The notes beneath the pieces were generated by a model that saw nothing but the letters and a program-made list of their open reading frames with translations, searched no databases and was not told the DNA's origin. Source: Basidiobolus meristosporus CBS 931.73 (taxonomy: Eukaryota > Fungi > Basidiobolomycota). Taken from it: a stretch of 64,000 nt of DNA. Location of the stretch: positions 1-64,000 of the forward strand of contig MCFE01000264.1 of assembly GCA_002104905.1 (NCBI GenBank), written 5' to 3'. The first letter of the stretch is position 1, and each line of letters opens with the position of its first letter. Below, one piece after another: positions 62,343-64,000 of this stretch. The position numbers and the translations under genes were made by a program.

Positions 62343-63660
62343 TTGACATTTAGTGCAACAAGCAGGGCTACATCCAAAAAAGGCCCTGTGGACAGTGTGC
62401 CCATTGAAGGTAATAATGTGGACTCCTCAGGCTCTCAGTCAAGTTGGCAGTTGAGAACCTCCACAGAGCCACAAGATGACTGTTATGCTGAGGCAGATGA
62501 GAATGTAGCAAATGCAGTACCCTCAGTTGAAGACCAGCAAGTGGCTGTCAAAACAATACCACCATGCATATTAGCAAGTATGTTGTCAGCTCATACCAAA
62601 GCATTAATGAAGCAATTAGGTGCAGTGGCTGCTATGATAGATGCAATGGCCCAGAGAAATCAGGAAATAGTCCAGAATCAGGATGAGCAGATAACATGTG
62701 TAGAGCAATCAATATCCCGGGTAGAGAAAGCAGTATCTTTACTGGAAAGAAGAAACCCAAGTTGCACAATGTCACAGCCAAGAACTGAGCCATTTCCCAA
62801 TGTAACAGCAGAGAAACACTGTACAGTCTTTGAAGCACAACAACAGCACCCAAAGATAAAGCCCACAGAAAAACCTATCACAGCCTGGAAGGGAGACAGT
62901 GTGGTGTGTATACCAAAGCCTAAAAATCAAAAGACATTGAAGATCTGTGAAGCTGTTGAGTGCAATAATGAAGAGTGGGCTGATATTCAAGAGGCTGTCT
63001 GATGTCTAGCACACCATCACGTCCAGGCCAGCATACCATGGGACCATCAGGAACTCAAGGCCAAGCAGAATGCACATGACTTGTTCTATGAGCATTATAC
63101 TGGATTCAAACAGGCAAATGGATTTTGGGCCAGCATTGGTATGCTAAGAAAGTATCTTAAGAATGGCAGCAACTATCAATGTCACAGGAACAAGGGTGCC
63201 ATGGCTAAAAGCCAGCGGCATTCTCAAGAGCCTGTTAAAAGCAGGGCCAAATGCTCCAGACAAGCATCAAAGAGATGTCAGATAGCTGGAAGAGTGTCAA
63301 TTAGGGACAAGCAGGCAGACATAGATGCACCAGCACAACATTTATTCAAGGAAAAAGCGTAGTATCACTCAAGAAGCACTCAGTCAATGCAGCAGTGAAG
63401 GACCTAGCAGTGATAAAACCAGCGGCTTTTACAGGAGCCCACCACAACTATGGTTGAGAGCTCAAAACAGGCAAAAAAGAAACAGCAGGTTGCCAGAAGA
63501 GTGCCAGCAAGGAACAAGCAGGCCTAAGCAGATGCTCCAGAGCAGAATTTATCAAAGACAAAGTGTAGTTCTTTATAAAAAGCACTCAGACAAAGTTGCA
63601 GCAAAAGACCTGGCAGTGATTAAGCAAAAGGTAAAGGGAAAAATGTCTACCCAAGCCTGA
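62343..63660 (+). pseudogene. Broken ORF divergent from the transposase, probably a second transposon ORF
   Basis: ORFs 62343-63002, 63081-63362 and 63325-63660 form a staggered chain with a coiled-coil-like segment, and share the CpG-poor composition of the transposase. Confidence 0.5.
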
Positions 63661-64000
63661 GAAAGGGAGGCATGAAAAAAAAACTGCAGTTCTTACCAAT
63701 TAATGCCGCAAGCCTAGAACTGACTGAATCTCTTCATAGCCAAGAAGAATTACAAATAAGAAAATAGCTGTCTTCACAAGAGTTGTAAGCACAGCCAGTT
63801 GAGCTACACTGCAGCAAGGTAGATGAGTTTGCTGAATAAGGCAATTTGTCTACCACAGCCTCCTCATCCTCCATTGTTGACAAAGTAAAGATCCCACTAA
63901 CAGACAAGGCTACAATGTCAAGAGCTCAAAAGACTACCACTAAGCCTTTAGTGTAATTTTGGAACATTAATAGTCACACCAAGAGGTTGCAGCACTTCTT

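Overview
Eukaryotic, intron-rich fungal DNA with no prokaryotic features. The gene set (DASH-complex Dam1, CYP51, a Rhizopus-like class III chitinase, cofactor-independent PGM, a PAS-GATA factor) points to an early-diverging fungus such as a Zoopagomycota or Mucoromycota species; this is inference, not a database result. Host genes supported by my manual translation and splicing: Zn-alcohol dehydrogenase, PhoD alkaline phosphatase, CYP51/ERG11, an 844-aa orphan, methylmalonate-semialdehyde dehydrogenase, Dam1 with a probable C-terminal winged helix, hexokinase, an 81-aa small ORF, MPC2, a six-exon PAS/PAS-like/GATA transcription factor, iPGM, and a GH18 chitinase with a CBM19-like module and a CBM2-like tail. 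Transposon blocks are strongly CpG-depleted. They comprise a LINE with no CpG in ~2 kb at the left edge, three clusters of one ~348-bp copia LTR family (including a solo LTR nested in a solo LTR, each with its own target-site duplication (TSD)), one full-length copia element with an open 4-kb ORF, a half-tRNA-iMet PBS and non-matching TSDs, and a decayed CACTA/Tnp2-type transposase at the right edge. Several intergenic stretches look like decayed, unidentifiable coding sequence. I saw no convincing tRNA, rRNA or CRISPR, and no clear-cut new multi-gene system. The best leads are the Dam1 winged-helix tail, the chitinase tail, the CpG-free LINE with CCCTAA seeds, and the LTR rearrangements. Exon limits and counts were read by eye and may be off by a few bases.
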